Below are positions 1 to 9,311 of a DNA stretch of 39,931 nt, piece after piece. The first letter of the stretch is position 1. Each line of letters starts with the position of its first letter. Source of the DNA: a virus. Its lineage: Duplodnaviria; Caudoviricetes. The translations under genes were made by a program, and so were the position numbers. The DNA is taken from IMG/VR virus record IMGVR_UViG_3300032212_000056, positions 1-39,931 of that record; one strand, 5' to 3'. A model generated the notes under the pieces. That model was given only the letters and a program-made list of their open reading frames with translations. It did not search any database and was not told the origin of the DNA.

Positions 1-114
1 CTTAGCGACCCGCCCGAGACAACGGTGTCAGCTCTGAACAGGCCAAAGCGAACAAGAATCGGTATTGAACCACTTTCCGAATCTCTCTCTTTCTCTCTCG
101 GGCGGGTCGCTAAG
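1..114. repeat. Perfect 19-bp inverted repeat (1-19 / 96-114)
   Basis: CTTAGCGACCCGCCCGAGA at 1-19 is the reverse complement of TCTCGGGCGGGTCGCTAAG at 96-114; the left arm may extend beyond the window. Confidence 0.9.
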
Positions 115-132
115 ACCCGCCTTCTTTCTTTT
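101..132 (+). terminator. Rho-independent terminator-like hairpin
   Basis: GGCGGGTC-gctaa-GACCCGCC (101-121) followed by TTCTTTCTTTTT; overlaps the 3' end of the convergent minus-strand ORF. Confidence 0.65.
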
Positions 133-310
133 TGCGAGCGTACGCTGCGGCTCCGTGTCCTCTGCTGGGGTTGATCGCTACGATCTCGGAGTGTACAACG
201 CAGACAGTTCCGCACTTCTCACAGCAAGCTCTCTTGGTGCTGCCCTGATCGACTGTATAGGTGTGTGTTACTTTGAGGTTCCCTCCGCACCCGTACTGTG
301 GACATTTCAC
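110..310 (-). CDS. Small zinc-finger protein, Ogr/Delta-like
   Basis: MKCPQYGC...CCEKCG Cys pairs, 66 aa; 4-bp overlap with the terminase stop. Confidence 0.6.
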   Translation of the reverse strand: MKCPQYGCGGNLKVTHTYTVDQGSTKRACCEKCGTVCVVHSEIVAINPSRGHGAAAYARKKKEGGS

Positions 311-1725
311 GTAGCACCTACTCTCTTGTGAGACTTGACCCCTCCCTCTGACTGTCCCTCAATCTCGTGGATGTCATGGAAGGCGTACACGCAACCGTCT
401 GCACGGTCAGGCGAATCATACCCACGCTTCATGTAGATGTCTTTGGGCTCGATCACCATCAAGCCCTTCTTGTTGATATGGTACTGACGAGTGCTGAGCT
501 GCAGGTTCAGGTTGTTGTCGTCAGGCAGGTAGCAGTCTGTGTTCTTCACCTTGCGTGCGAGCCTGAACCACGCCTCTGTGATCGCGTCGGCGTACTTGTC
601 TGACTCGAAAGCTGTGCCTCCGTTGTGGAACTCCCAGATGTTCTTCTCACGTTCGTAGAACTCGTGCATGATGCCCTGTCCGATGCCCCCTGCATCGACC
701 GTGTACTGTGTGAGTCCGTCAGGCCATCCTGCTTCCTTCTGCATCCGGAACGCTCTCTCAACGGCCACGATGGGCTCAACGCGAGCACCACGCCACCATT
801 CGACGATGGAGTGTCCTGAGCGGCGATACACAGTGTTCTCGTCGCCACCAAAGCGGGCAAGGTCGATTCCGATGTTGCGGCCTCTGGATCTCGCAGCCAT
901 GCCCACCTTGAGTCGAGCGTCCATGCAGCGGTCGATGTCGTCCGAGGACATGACACAGTTGGCGTCGGCGACCGGGAACTCCCCAAGCACTCGAACTCGA
1001 TACACGTCGCTGTCGCGTCCGTATTCTTCTTCGAGATCTCGGTTACGCTGAGGGTTGACGATGTGGGGGAAGTCCCGAGCGGTGTCCTCTGCGTTGAACG
1101 TAAAGCAGTTCCAGCGTTTGCGGTTTCGATTGAAGCAATCGTAGAAGTCGCAGTCTCTCGTGTTGGGGTTCCCGATCTGGAGCAAGAGAGCGTTGGGGTT
1201 CGACAGCGTCCCCTTGAACTGCGTGATGATCGGTCGAGCGACGCCTGACGCCTCCTCGACGATGACTGTCATGTTCTCCTCGTGGAAGCCCTGAGCGTTC
1301 TCCTCGCGGGTCGCTGTCACAGTCTTGACACCCCAGTCGGGCTTCCCGCAGATCTCCACCTTCGTCTTCGTGACCTTGATGATCTTCTTGAGGACCTTGT
1401 CTGCTTTGTCCATGAGGCGTCGAGCTTCCGCGAGCCACACCTCACGACACTGACGGCTTGTAGGAGCTGTGACGACAACGAGAGCGTTCTCGTAGCGTAG
1501 ATTACGCCAGAGAGCGATGAGGACAGACACTGTGGTCTTGCCCGGACCTTGACCCGATTTGCAAGCAATCCAGTTCGAGGCTCGACCGAACTCCGCATCC
1601 ATGACTGCTTGCAACAGCATACGCTGCTGGAAGGTCGGCTTGAAGTTCATCGCCTCACAGAACTTGAAGATGTCCTCACGAATCGCAGCGTAGAAGCCCT
1701 CTAGGATGCGAGTCTGTCTTCCCAT
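307..1725 (-). CDS. terL: Terminase large subunit
   Basis: Walker A SGQGPGKT, VVVTAPT, Walker B VIVEEASGV, GNP motif, RVLGEF, RNase H-like nuclease GIDLARFGGD and SPDRADG. Confidence 0.95.
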   Translation of the reverse strand: MGRQTRILEGFYAAIREDIFKFCEAMNFKPTFQQRMLLQAVMDAEFGRASNWIACKSGQGPGKTTVSVLIALWRNLRYENALVVVTAPTSRQCREVWLAEARRLMDKADKVLKKIIKVTKTKVEICGKPDWGVKTVTATREENAQGFHEENMTVIVEEASGVARPIITQFKGTLSNPNALLLQIGNPNTRDCDFYDCFNRNRKRWNCFTFNAEDTARDFPHIVNPQRNRDLEEEYGRDSDVYRVRVLGEFPVADANCVMSSDDIDRCMDARLKVGMAARSRGRNIGIDLARFGGDENTVYRRSGHSIVEWWRGARVEPIVAVERAFRMQKEAGWPDGLTQYTVDAGGIGQGIMHEFYEREKNIWEFHNGGTAFESDKYADAITEAWFRLARKVKNTDCYLPDDNNLNLQLSTRQYHINKKGLMVIEPKDIYMKRGYDSPDRADGCVYAFHDIHEIEGQSEGGVKSHKRVGAT

Positions 1726-2222
1726 TAGGGATTAGGTCCACCCTTCATCTGATCTTCGAGGCGTTCGATCTCAGCCTGCAGTTCCGCTCGGAGCTTTCCC
1801 CGTTCGGCCTCCACCTCCTTGATGATTCGACGCTCTAGGTTTTCGAGGTGGGCTCTCATGTAGCCTTGGAACTCAGTCTGGGCTCTGCCCTGTGACTTGA
1901 GTTCGTCGTTGGTGTCTTCGACGCTGCGTGCCATGTCAGCGACGGTTGCTTTGATCTCTTTGACTTCTTCCTTGATGGCAGAGGTGTCCGAAGCTGTATC
2001 CTCAGCTGCCTTCGCCTCTGTCACTCCCGCACCTACGGTGTTGTTGAGGAAGTGACCGAAGCCTCCGCTGATCCCTCCTCCAAACACTGCCAAAAGCACT
2101 GCTCCCAGTACGACTGTCTTGATCTTGAATGTAATCACTGTAGTCCCCGCATCGTCAGGGTCTGGGTGTATAGCAGCTCCTTCGTTTGGTGCCATCATGG
2201 GTTGTCCAGCCTTCCTTGACAT
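1725..2222 (-). CDS. Membrane-anchored coiled-coil protein (possible lysis accessory / i-spanin-like)
   Basis: Hydrophobic segment TVVLGAVLLAVFGGG followed by a long heptad-rich helix; coupled to terL. Confidence 0.55.
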   Translation of the reverse strand: MSRKAGQPMMAPNEGAAIHPDPDDAGTTVITFKIKTVVLGAVLLAVFGGGISGGFGHFLNNTVGAGVTEAKAAEDTASDTSAIKEEVKEIKATVADMARSVEDTNDELKSQGRAQTEFQGYMRAHLENLERRIIKEVEAERGKLRAELQAEIERLEDQMKGGPNP

Positions 2223-2239
2223 AATGAGTGTTCATATTG

Positions 2240-2530
2240 TTATACAGGGAAGCAAGCGTCCCACGCATCACAGTATAGATTGTATGCGGCGTTTATGCAA
2301 ACCTGAGCTTGTGCGTTTGTAGGAAGTTGGAGACAATCGAGCACATCATTGAGGTAGACGACTCCTGCTGCCGTCGCACACTTCGTTTGTTCAGCGGTCG
2401 CACCTTGAGGGATGTCCTTGAGGACAGGCACCTTGATGCCTATGCCGACGAGGAGTACCTGTTGGTTTACAGTAGCTTGAAGAACTTGCATCTTGGCGAT
2501 GCGGTGAGTAACGATCATGCAGTGAGTCAT
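2240..2530 (-). CDS. Hypothetical protein (Cys-rich C-terminus)
   Basis: Fits the minus-strand operon; GAGGT RBS upstream. Confidence 0.6.
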   Translation of the reverse strand: MTHCMIVTHRIAKMQVLQATVNQQVLLVGIGIKVPVLKDIPQGATAEQTKCATAAGVVYLNDVLDCLQLPTNAQAQVCINAAYNLYCDAWDACFPV

Positions 2531-2571
2531 GTCTATACCTCAATGATGTGTGTAAGGTACACAGATCTGTG

Positions 2572-2808
2572 TTATTCCGAGGTTGCTTCGTCCACAATCA
2601 TGTTGAGGAGTTCAGTATCTCGGAGGAAGATGCTCTGTTCCGTCTCGCTCAACGATTCGTCAGCGTTGACGTAAGCGTCGTGACGTGCGGAGACATCCCG
2701 GAGGGGCTGGCTCACAGCGTTAGCGTTGATGGTCTGCGGAGGGCAGCAGCCCACGAGCAGAGTAGAGAGGGCAGCGAGCCCGATGGTTGATCCGATTTTC
2801 TTCTTCAT
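2572..2808 (-). CDS. Lipoprotein (possible o-spanin-like)
   Basis: MKKK, hydrophobic stretch and lipobox LLVG-C; AAGGAG RBS. Confidence 0.7.
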   Translation of the reverse strand: MKKKIGSTIGLAALSTLLVGCCPPQTINANAVSQPLRDVSARHDAYVNADESLSETEQSIFLRDTELLNMIVDEATSE

Positions 2809-2818
2809 GTCGATCTCC

Positions 2819-5134
2819 TTATGCTACAGATACTGTAGTAAGCCCTGCGGTCCGTCCTGCTTCGGTAGCAGAAATCATTGCCGCAACAGTGTCCTGAATC
2901 TCCTGCATGGTCTCTCGACCGTTGGGGAGGCTCAGTTCAGTGAACGTGTTGAGGACTGCGTCCTTGACCAAGTCACGCACCCACGATGCCTCTGTGGTTG
3001 AATCGTACGTTCCCACAGTGCCTTCGATGCGTTGGATGCCTTGGATCAGTCCAAATACAACCAAAGTTGCCATATCCCGGACCTCTGTTCGAGACCCGAA
3101 CTTGTTTTTGCCTTGAGGGTCGTCGAAGACTCTCAGCAAGTACGAGTAGATGCTCGGGAGCACTGCCTCGCGGAATGTGTTTTCGCGGTTCTGGATAAGC
3201 TCAGATCGTTCAGGGAAATCTTGATCTCCCTGAGTAGCGAAGTGAATGTCGTCTCCTGTAGACACTCCGCTGCCGTTGGTCGCAAAGTAGTCGTCCACGT
3301 CTCCGGGGACTTCAACATAACGAACAAGATCTGGTCGATTCAGCAGCCTGCACATCTCCTTTGCAACAACGTTGAGTGCATCTACTGAGCTATTGGTGTA
3401 TACCTGCCAATCGGAGGACCCACCTGTAGGATACGAGATTTGTCGATGCACCTTCACACTGATGTCAAGCTCGATGCACTTGTTCAAGAACGTTTCAAGC
3501 GAGTTGGTCAGTGTGGTTATCATGGCAATCGTGTTGGTGGAGTTCGTTCGGACCGAGCTAAAGTCGTTGACCATCCACTCCAACATCTCGATGCTCCCTC
3601 CCGCGATCTGATCGAGGTGGGCGAGGTTGTTCGTCACATATTCAGTGAACTTGCCTCCAGATCTGCCGAGAACAGTAAACATCGGACCGAGATGCTTAGA
3701 GGGTAGGCTGCTGGCTGCTCCGGGGATGAGCTTGCGTCCCTTCATTGCCATCTCTGTACTTGTAGACTGTCTGTTGAGCGTTTCCTGAGTAGGTGACAGT
3801 CCGTTGATGTCCGCTGCAACATACGATGACGCCATTGGAGATCTCTCGCCAGAGGATGCGAAGATTCCGTCGATCTCTGCATTTAGCACGGTGTACTTGA
3901 TCTTACCAATACGGGCATCTACAAAGTCGGCACACATCTCGCGTACCTTCTCTTTGATGTCGTCTGTCGCACCGTCGAGGATCTGTGAGCTGGTGCCTGC
4001 GGTCAGGTCTTCGAGCCCGATCTTGGTGACTCCTTGTGCCCTGTTGATTCGCAGTGCGTACCTGTTGTTGGCCTCGGTGTATGAGCAGATCTCGACGGTC
4101 TCTCCTCCTACTGTGAGATCGAGATCCCCTCCCGAGAACGAAAGCGACATCAGGTTGTCTCCGTCGAAGTCCAAGACCTCGATCACTACGACTCCTGATG
4201 CGTTCACTCGAATGCCATTCACGAGAACGATGTCGAACTGCTTGAATCGCTCCAGCTCTGTTGCGAGCTGCATGACTGTCCCAGACGCAGAGATCACTGC
4301 ACGGTGACGTCCGGGGTTGATTCCTCCGGAGGCGTACGCTGTGGGCGTGCAGTTGCCTGAGCCCGACAGGAACTCCCAGATGGACTGCGAGCCGTTCGAG
4401 GGTTCAATCGGACGGAAGGCATACCCCTGCTCCTCCTCGCGGACTGTGTCGATCGTGGTGCCGAATGATGCTTCGTTGTACTCGATAACGATCTCTCCGT
4501 TGCGGTCTCCGTAGAGTCGGCTTCGGACTTCGTCGTCTCCGTGTCCCCACATCTTCCACGAGAGCAAGTTTGCGAGCGTAGTGGCTGTCTGATCGTTCTC
4601 TGAGATGCCGACGCAGATGCCTCCGCAGTACAGAGCGTGACGCCCCGCTACAGACTGCTCGTTCTCCATGATGATCTCGACCATTGAGCCGAAGGGGATT
4701 CCCTCGACCGACTGGTAATCAACAGTGGTGCCTCCTGAGTAGCCGTCAAGGTCGATTCTCCATTGCTGTCCGCTAAAGTATGAGGACCCTGCGTAGATCT
4801 GGGAGATTGTTCTGTTGGTGTTGCCCAAGGGGGAGGTGTCGATGACCCGTCCATCTGCTCCCATGTTGACGAACGTAGGTGCTGCGTTGCGAATCAGGTT
4901 CAGTCCTGCACAGACTTTGAGCTTGTCCCCCACGTCGTCGGCGATGGTTGCGGGATCAGCCAGAACAACCACTTGAGTAGATCCCGACACGTTCTCAATG
5001 TACTTGCGTCCGAACTCGTCCACTCCATGCACAAAGTCCCCTGCCGATCCGGGAATGTCGTGAAGCCCTGTCGTGGCTTCGGTCGCGTTCCCGCTGGTGG
5101 GCCAGTCGGCTGTCGAGATTTTCGTGATGGTCAT
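2819..5134 (-). CDS. Large virion/receptor-binding-like protein with C-terminal SGNH-hydrolase-like domain
   Basis: 771 aa, beta-rich G/S/T N-terminal part; LGRSGG, WMVNDF and GDDIHF resemble SGNH blocks II, III and V. Confidence 0.55.
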   Translation of the reverse strand: MTITKISTADWPTSGNATEATTGLHDIPGSAGDFVHGVDEFGRKYIENVSGSTQVVVLADPATIADDVGDKLKVCAGLNLIRNAAPTFVNMGADGRVIDTSPLGNTNRTISQIYAGSSYFSGQQWRIDLDGYSGGTTVDYQSVEGIPFGSMVEIIMENEQSVAGRHALYCGGICVGISENDQTATTLANLLSWKMWGHGDDEVRSRLYGDRNGEIVIEYNEASFGTTIDTVREEEQGYAFRPIEPSNGSQSIWEFLSGSGNCTPTAYASGGINPGRHRAVISASGTVMQLATELERFKQFDIVLVNGIRVNASGVVVIEVLDFDGDNLMSLSFSGGDLDLTVGGETVEICSYTEANNRYALRINRAQGVTKIGLEDLTAGTSSQILDGATDDIKEKVREMCADFVDARIGKIKYTVLNAEIDGIFASSGERSPMASSYVAADINGLSPTQETLNRQSTSTEMAMKGRKLIPGAASSLPSKHLGPMFTVLGRSGGKFTEYVTNNLAHLDQIAGGSIEMLEWMVNDFSSVRTNSTNTIAMITTLTNSLETFLNKCIELDISVKVHRQISYPTGGSSDWQVYTNSSVDALNVVAKEMCRLLNRPDLVRYVEVPGDVDDYFATNGSGVSTGDDIHFATQGDQDFPERSELIQNRENTFREAVLPSIYSYLLRVFDDPQGKNKFGSRTEVRDMATLVVFGLIQGIQRIEGTVGTYDSTTEASWVRDLVKDAVLNTFTELSLPNGRETMQEIQDTVAAMISATEAGRTAGLTTVSVA

Positions 5135-5142
5135 GGCCTCTC

Positions 5143-5538
5143 CTAGTCCTTGATGTAATCCTGCTCTGCAGTGATGTGGATTTCTCTGATTGTACAGCCC
5201 GCACCGACACCCTTGAACAACAGACGAGCATCACGGATGCTGTCAAGCAGCAAGCGAATAGCTCGACGCTGATCTGTGGTGTCTGCAACAAGTGGGATGG
5301 TGTATTCTTCGAGGACGAACGTGCCTGAGTCATTGCGGTACAGGTCCACCCACTCATCATTGATCTGGACTTGGACCTTGAACGTGAGCCCTGTACATCC
5401 TGCAGGTGCGTCGATAAGGAAACCGAGGCCTGCTCCGTCTCTGCGTGAGGCGTCGATCGTGCCAGAAACTACAGCAGCGTACGAAGTCGTTGGAGTGAGA
5501 TCACTCTCGTTGAGTGCGACGGTCTTGGCTGTGCTCAT
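5143..5538 (-). CDS. Small beta-rich virion protein
   Basis: 131 aa; AAGGA RBS; LTFKVQVQ...WVDL pattern typical of small phage structural proteins. Confidence 0.6.
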   Translation of the reverse strand: MSTAKTVALNESDLTPTTSYAAVVSGTIDASRRDGAGLGFLIDAPAGCTGLTFKVQVQINDEWVDLYRNDSGTFVLEEYTIPLVADTTDQRRAIRLLLDSIRDARLLFKGVGAGCTIREIHITAEQDYIKD

Positions 5539-5548
5539 GGCTGTGTCC

Positions 5549-7198
5549 TTATGGGTTGCGTCCTACGGCGACGTTTGCTGCTTGTCGGCTTCCGACGGAG
5601 GGGGCTGCTGATGACAGAGTATAACCTCCTGATGCCTTCCGTGTCAAAGCGTTGGCGATGTTGAGGTGTACTCGGGCCACTAAAGAGTGTCCTACCACGC
5701 TGGCGTGGGGACTATTATCCATCCCTCCCTGTTCCCAGAGCGACCAGTGGTCTCCGAGGAACGCAGATTCTTGAGCTGCACCCGCTGCATGATCGCTCTG
5801 AGCGAGTGCTGCAGTAGTGTACTGGGAGGACTCTGTATTGCCATTGATGCCGTGCTGTCCATCGCCTGCTGCGTAGGTTTCAATGCCAGCATCCGCGAGA
5901 AGGTCAAGGAAGGTGAACCAGTCAGCCTCTGATGAACCCTGTGTTGCAATATGTGCGACACACAGGTCGATGTCCATTGCGACGCACAGCTCCTTGAACC
6001 ACTCGGGGCGAGGCCACTCGTCCATCTGGTTTCCGTAGCCGTTGCCTGACCATCCGTGAGAGCCTATAGCGACACCTTTCGTGCCGTCGTTGCGGACGCT
6101 GCCCATTCCGAAGATGTGGGTGATGCCCGTCAAGCTAGTAACTCTAACTCCTCGGAACCTGTCCGCTGTTGCGGGTGCCTCGTACTGGGCGACTCCGATG
6201 CCCACCTCGCCGAAGCTGATAACGTCTCCCGTTTGTGGGGGGTTCTCAAGGGTCCACTTGCTGTGGAAGCTGTTGGAGGTCTTGGAGTCGATCACTCCGA
6301 CTGCAACGAATGCTCCAGCACGGAAAACCGTGAACCCCATCCCTACCTGTACGTCAGGGAAATCCACATGAGTTGCGTCGAAGGTAAGGGTATCTCCTAC
6401 GTACGTATCGCTTGCCGTCATGGTCGTCTGCACAACTACGGGAGTGGACGAATCCACTGAGCTGTCGTTCGGATCTCCGGGAGTGAATGTTCCTTCGACT
6501 GCACTTGAGCTTGCGTCCGTGACGTGCTCCCACCTCCACGTGCCGAGGTTCGGTGCTCTCAGATAAGCAATACGATTATCTGCAGTTGCCGAGTGTCTGT
6601 ACAGGGAATCTCCTGTCAACGGGAGGTAATCACCGTGCTCTGCCCCAGCTCCAAACACCTGAGCCATGCCTGATGGGAGGTTGGCAGCTGTCATGTCCTC
6701 GAAGAAGTGCGTAAACGCATTTCCTGATCCTTCCATGACCAGCCCTCCCCCGGAGCCTTCGGAGGTCGAGGTATAGGAACCAAACCCGAAGTGAGACAGG
6801 TCGAGGTATCCTGCAGTGGTACGCACGTTATCTACAGTCCCGAACGTCCAAGGGGTAAGTGTCATGCCTGATGCGTAGTGCTGTACTCGGATCTTGTCCA
6901 CTGGTAGGAACGACGCACCAATACCTATGCTCCACAGCCATCGAGCGTAACCCATCGCCCAGATGCGAGACCACAAGCGGTTGCCTGCACTGTTGACGCC
7001 AGCGGCTCGGGAGTTCGCGGTCACGATCATGGAGATTTTGTCTTTAGGTGAAGCCTGCGACGTGAAGTATTCACCGAGCTGCTTGAAGTACCTTGATGGC
7101 ACATCGACATACTGGTCGGGAGATCCTGCGACCTGTCCCGGCACCTGTGCCTCGAAGAATGACGATAGTGTGACTGATTCTGGGGTTGCTTCTGGCAT
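5549..7198 (-). CDS. Virion-associated protein with split SGNH-like esterase domain
   Basis: 549 aa; N-terminal ANS block I-like motif, GWSGNG and C-terminal DNSPH..VGH, with an inserted beta-rich region. Confidence 0.5.
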   Translation of the reverse strand: MPEATPESVTLSSFFEAQVPGQVAGSPDQYVDVPSRYFKQLGEYFTSQASPKDKISMIVTANSRAAGVNSAGNRLWSRIWAMGYARWLWSIGIGASFLPVDKIRVQHYASGMTLTPWTFGTVDNVRTTAGYLDLSHFGFGSYTSTSEGSGGGLVMEGSGNAFTHFFEDMTAANLPSGMAQVFGAGAEHGDYLPLTGDSLYRHSATADNRIAYLRAPNLGTWRWEHVTDASSSAVEGTFTPGDPNDSSVDSSTPVVVQTTMTASDTYVGDTLTFDATHVDFPDVQVGMGFTVFRAGAFVAVGVIDSKTSNSFHSKWTLENPPQTGDVISFGEVGIGVAQYEAPATADRFRGVRVTSLTGITHIFGMGSVRNDGTKGVAIGSHGWSGNGYGNQMDEWPRPEWFKELCVAMDIDLCVAHIATQGSSEADWFTFLDLLADAGIETYAAGDGQHGINGNTESSQYTTAALAQSDHAAGAAQESAFLGDHWSLWEQGGMDNSPHASVVGHSLVARVHLNIANALTRKASGGYTLSSAAPSVGSRQAANVAVGRNP

Positions 7199-8067
7199 TA
7201 TGCGTCTTCCTTGATGGCGTTGGTGAAGATCATGTCAGCTGCGGGCGTCGGGAAGGTCAGCCCTTCGTCGTACACCGCAGGGTTGCCGGTGTCCGTGATG
7301 CCCGTCTCTTGCCGGAAAGACAGCACGTCTTCATCTCCGTCGATCGCGTCGCCAAGGATGGGTCCTGTCGTGTTGGAGCCTCCTCGGTTCTTGCAGTTGC
7401 CTCCGGGACAATGAGGCAGCACCCAGATTCCATCGTACGAAGGTCCGGGAAGGTTCCCGCTGGCGGGCAAGCTCCAAGGCTGGCAGTTCTTGGAGTTCCA
7501 TACCGTCGTGACGTCCGCTGCGTCGATCGTGATGTCCTTCCAGAAGCAGATGCCTCCGAGGAGTCCGAACCAAAGATGAGATCCGGTGTACGCCAATGTT
7601 CCTCCTACGTTCAGCTTCTGAGTAGAGTCGAGATCTGCAGACAAAGGGGGCGATGCAGGGAACGTAACATTTGTAGATAGGGTGGGGTCTGTGCTTCCTT
7701 CTCGGATAGACCACACCTTCGCATCGACATTGGCTCCTGTCGCATCGAAGTATCCCATGATCAACGTCCACTCTCCATGAGCGGATGCGTTGTTCCCTGA
7801 CCCTCCCGCCTGCTTGAAGTCGTACGTTACCCCGTTCACTCTCAGACGCACCGCCAGAGAAGTGTTCGATTGACGAATAGCGAAGTAATCGCTAGAGCTG
7901 GCCTCGAATGAGAATACGTTGCGAAAGACGCTCGATGCGTCTTCGTATCTGTACACCCACACCGCAAAGGAGAAGTGACAGCCATCTCCATGTACCCAAG
8001 AGGGCAGCTTCCCGTTCGGGAAGTCGTACCCTCCGTCTCCTGTGATGTCGGTGTCTTGCTTTAGCAT
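7198..8067 (-). CDS. LamG/concanavalin A-like lectin domain protein
   Basis: FSFAVWVY, GEWTLIMG, LNVGG and GLLGGICFW are LamG hallmarks; start moved to ATG 8067 (GGAG RBS, after the upstream stop). Confidence 0.7.
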   Translation of the reverse strand: MLKQDTDITGDGGYDFPNGKLPSWVHGDGCHFSFAVWVYRYEDASSVFRNVFSFEASSSDYFAIRQSNTSLAVRLRVNGVTYDFKQAGGSGNNASAHGEWTLIMGYFDATGANVDAKVWSIREGSTDPTLSTNVTFPASPPLSADLDSTQKLNVGGTLAYTGSHLWFGLLGGICFWKDITIDAADVTTVWNSKNCQPWSLPASGNLPGPSYDGIWVLPHCPGGNCKNRGGSNTTGPILGDAIDGDEDVLSFRQETGITDTGNPAVYDEGLTFPTPAADMIFTNAIKEDA

Positions 8068-8068
8068 C

Positions 8069-8905
8069 TCAAACTCCGAGCCAATCGAGAATCGCGTCGC
8101 TGCCTTCAAGCAGTTCACGCATGTATACGTTGTGCATCGTGTCGTTATGGGGATTCAACCAGATGATGATGCGGTTGATGTCGAACTTGAAGTTCAACGC
8201 ACGAAGGTACACGGTGAACCAAGGGCCGTTGTCCATGCCCCAGCGAGGCCAGAACATCGGCAGCTGAGGCAGTCCGAACTGGCTAAGCACCTCATGCCCG
8301 TGCAGTGCTCGATTCACATGGTCCATCACGTTGTCTGATGTCACTGCTCGATTAGCGATGTTCTGGGGCTTGTTGCCGTGCGTCGGGTATAGGTGAAGCG
8401 GAACTGCATCGAAGCTGCGAAGCATTCGATCGTGGGTGCTGATAGCCTTCTGACGCTCCTCGCTGATGCGTCCAATGACGGGAGGTCGAGGGTTGCCGTA
8501 CAGGAAGAACTTAGAATCAGGGGACAGCGGACGCAGCTGCTTCATCATCTCCTCGATAGCGAGTGTCGATGCCTTGTCGATGCCTTCTGTGATGTTTCTC
8601 CACTGCCACCCGAAGTCGTGATCGTCATCGGCCTCGGGCTCGATGTCGGGCATGATGTAGTCCCAAGGCTTCGTGAAGTCGGGACGCCAGCTGCGTTCGT
8701 TGAACAAGTGGAATCTGCGGACTGCTTCTGCGGCGAACTCCTCTTTGGTGACTGCGTCAGGCCACATTTCCCGAGGCATACCGAGCTGAAGTCCGTGCTC
8801 GATGCGATCTCCCGGAATCACGTCGGTCAACTCACGATAGAATCGCTCTTGACGCTCTGCTCCGGCTGGCTGGATGAGTACGATCTTGCGTGTCGTGTCG
8901 GTCAT
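8069..8905 (-). CDS. Glycoside hydrolase-like TIM-barrel protein (hyaluronidase/GH56-like)
   Basis: IMPDIE, FFLYGNP, LHLYP and IIIW motifs; start at ATG 8905 behind AGAAAGGA. Confidence 0.55.
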   Translation of the reverse strand: MTDTTRKIVLIQPAGAERQERFYRELTDVIPGDRIEHGLQLGMPREMWPDAVTKEEFAAEAVRRFHLFNERSWRPDFTKPWDYIMPDIEPEADDDHDFGWQWRNITEGIDKASTLAIEEMMKQLRPLSPDSKFFLYGNPRPPVIGRISEERQKAISTHDRMLRSFDAVPLHLYPTHGNKPQNIANRAVTSDNVMDHVNRALHGHEVLSQFGLPQLPMFWPRWGMDNGPWFTVYLRALNFKFDINRIIIWLNPHNDTMHNVYMRELLEGSDAILDWLGV

Positions 8906-8986
8906 GCTTGGGTCCTTTCTAATCTGAGGGGAGAGCCGTCGCTCTCTGGTCACTACAGGACTTCCTTTCCCTCAGTCGTGCTCCGT

Positions 8987-9307
8987 TTATCCTTCGTCCT
9001 GAGCGGGGACGGGAGGGATGCCGAGTGCTCGGAAGCCGACCTCGAACAGTGCGTCGGTGATGACGCCGACCGTGTTCCAAGTGGTCTTGCTTCCTCGAAT
9101 GCGGTTGACCTCTGCGATCATTGCGATCTGGTTCTTGAGTGCTGCCTGCATCTGCTCTCGCTTGGCTGCGTCAGGCTCCATCATGGTCGCGTACAGGTCG
9201 TTGGTGATCGCTCGGGAGAAGTTCTGGATGTCCTCCTTGACGCCTTGCACGAGCTGCATCAGTACGTTGTTGAGCTGGTCGCCGATGATTGATTCGAGTT
9301 CGTCCAT
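8987..9307 (-). CDS. Hypothetical helical protein (106 aa)
   Basis: Start MDELESII at 9307, directly after the upstream stop with an AAGGA RBS; the longer ORF-track start overlaps the upstream gene. Confidence 0.7.
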   Translation of the reverse strand: MDELESIIGDQLNNVLMQLVQGVKEDIQNFSRAITNDLYATMMEPDAAKREQMQAALKNQIAMIAEVNRIRGSKTTWNTVGVITDALFEVGFRALGIPPVPAQDEG

Positions 9308-9311
9308 TTGT

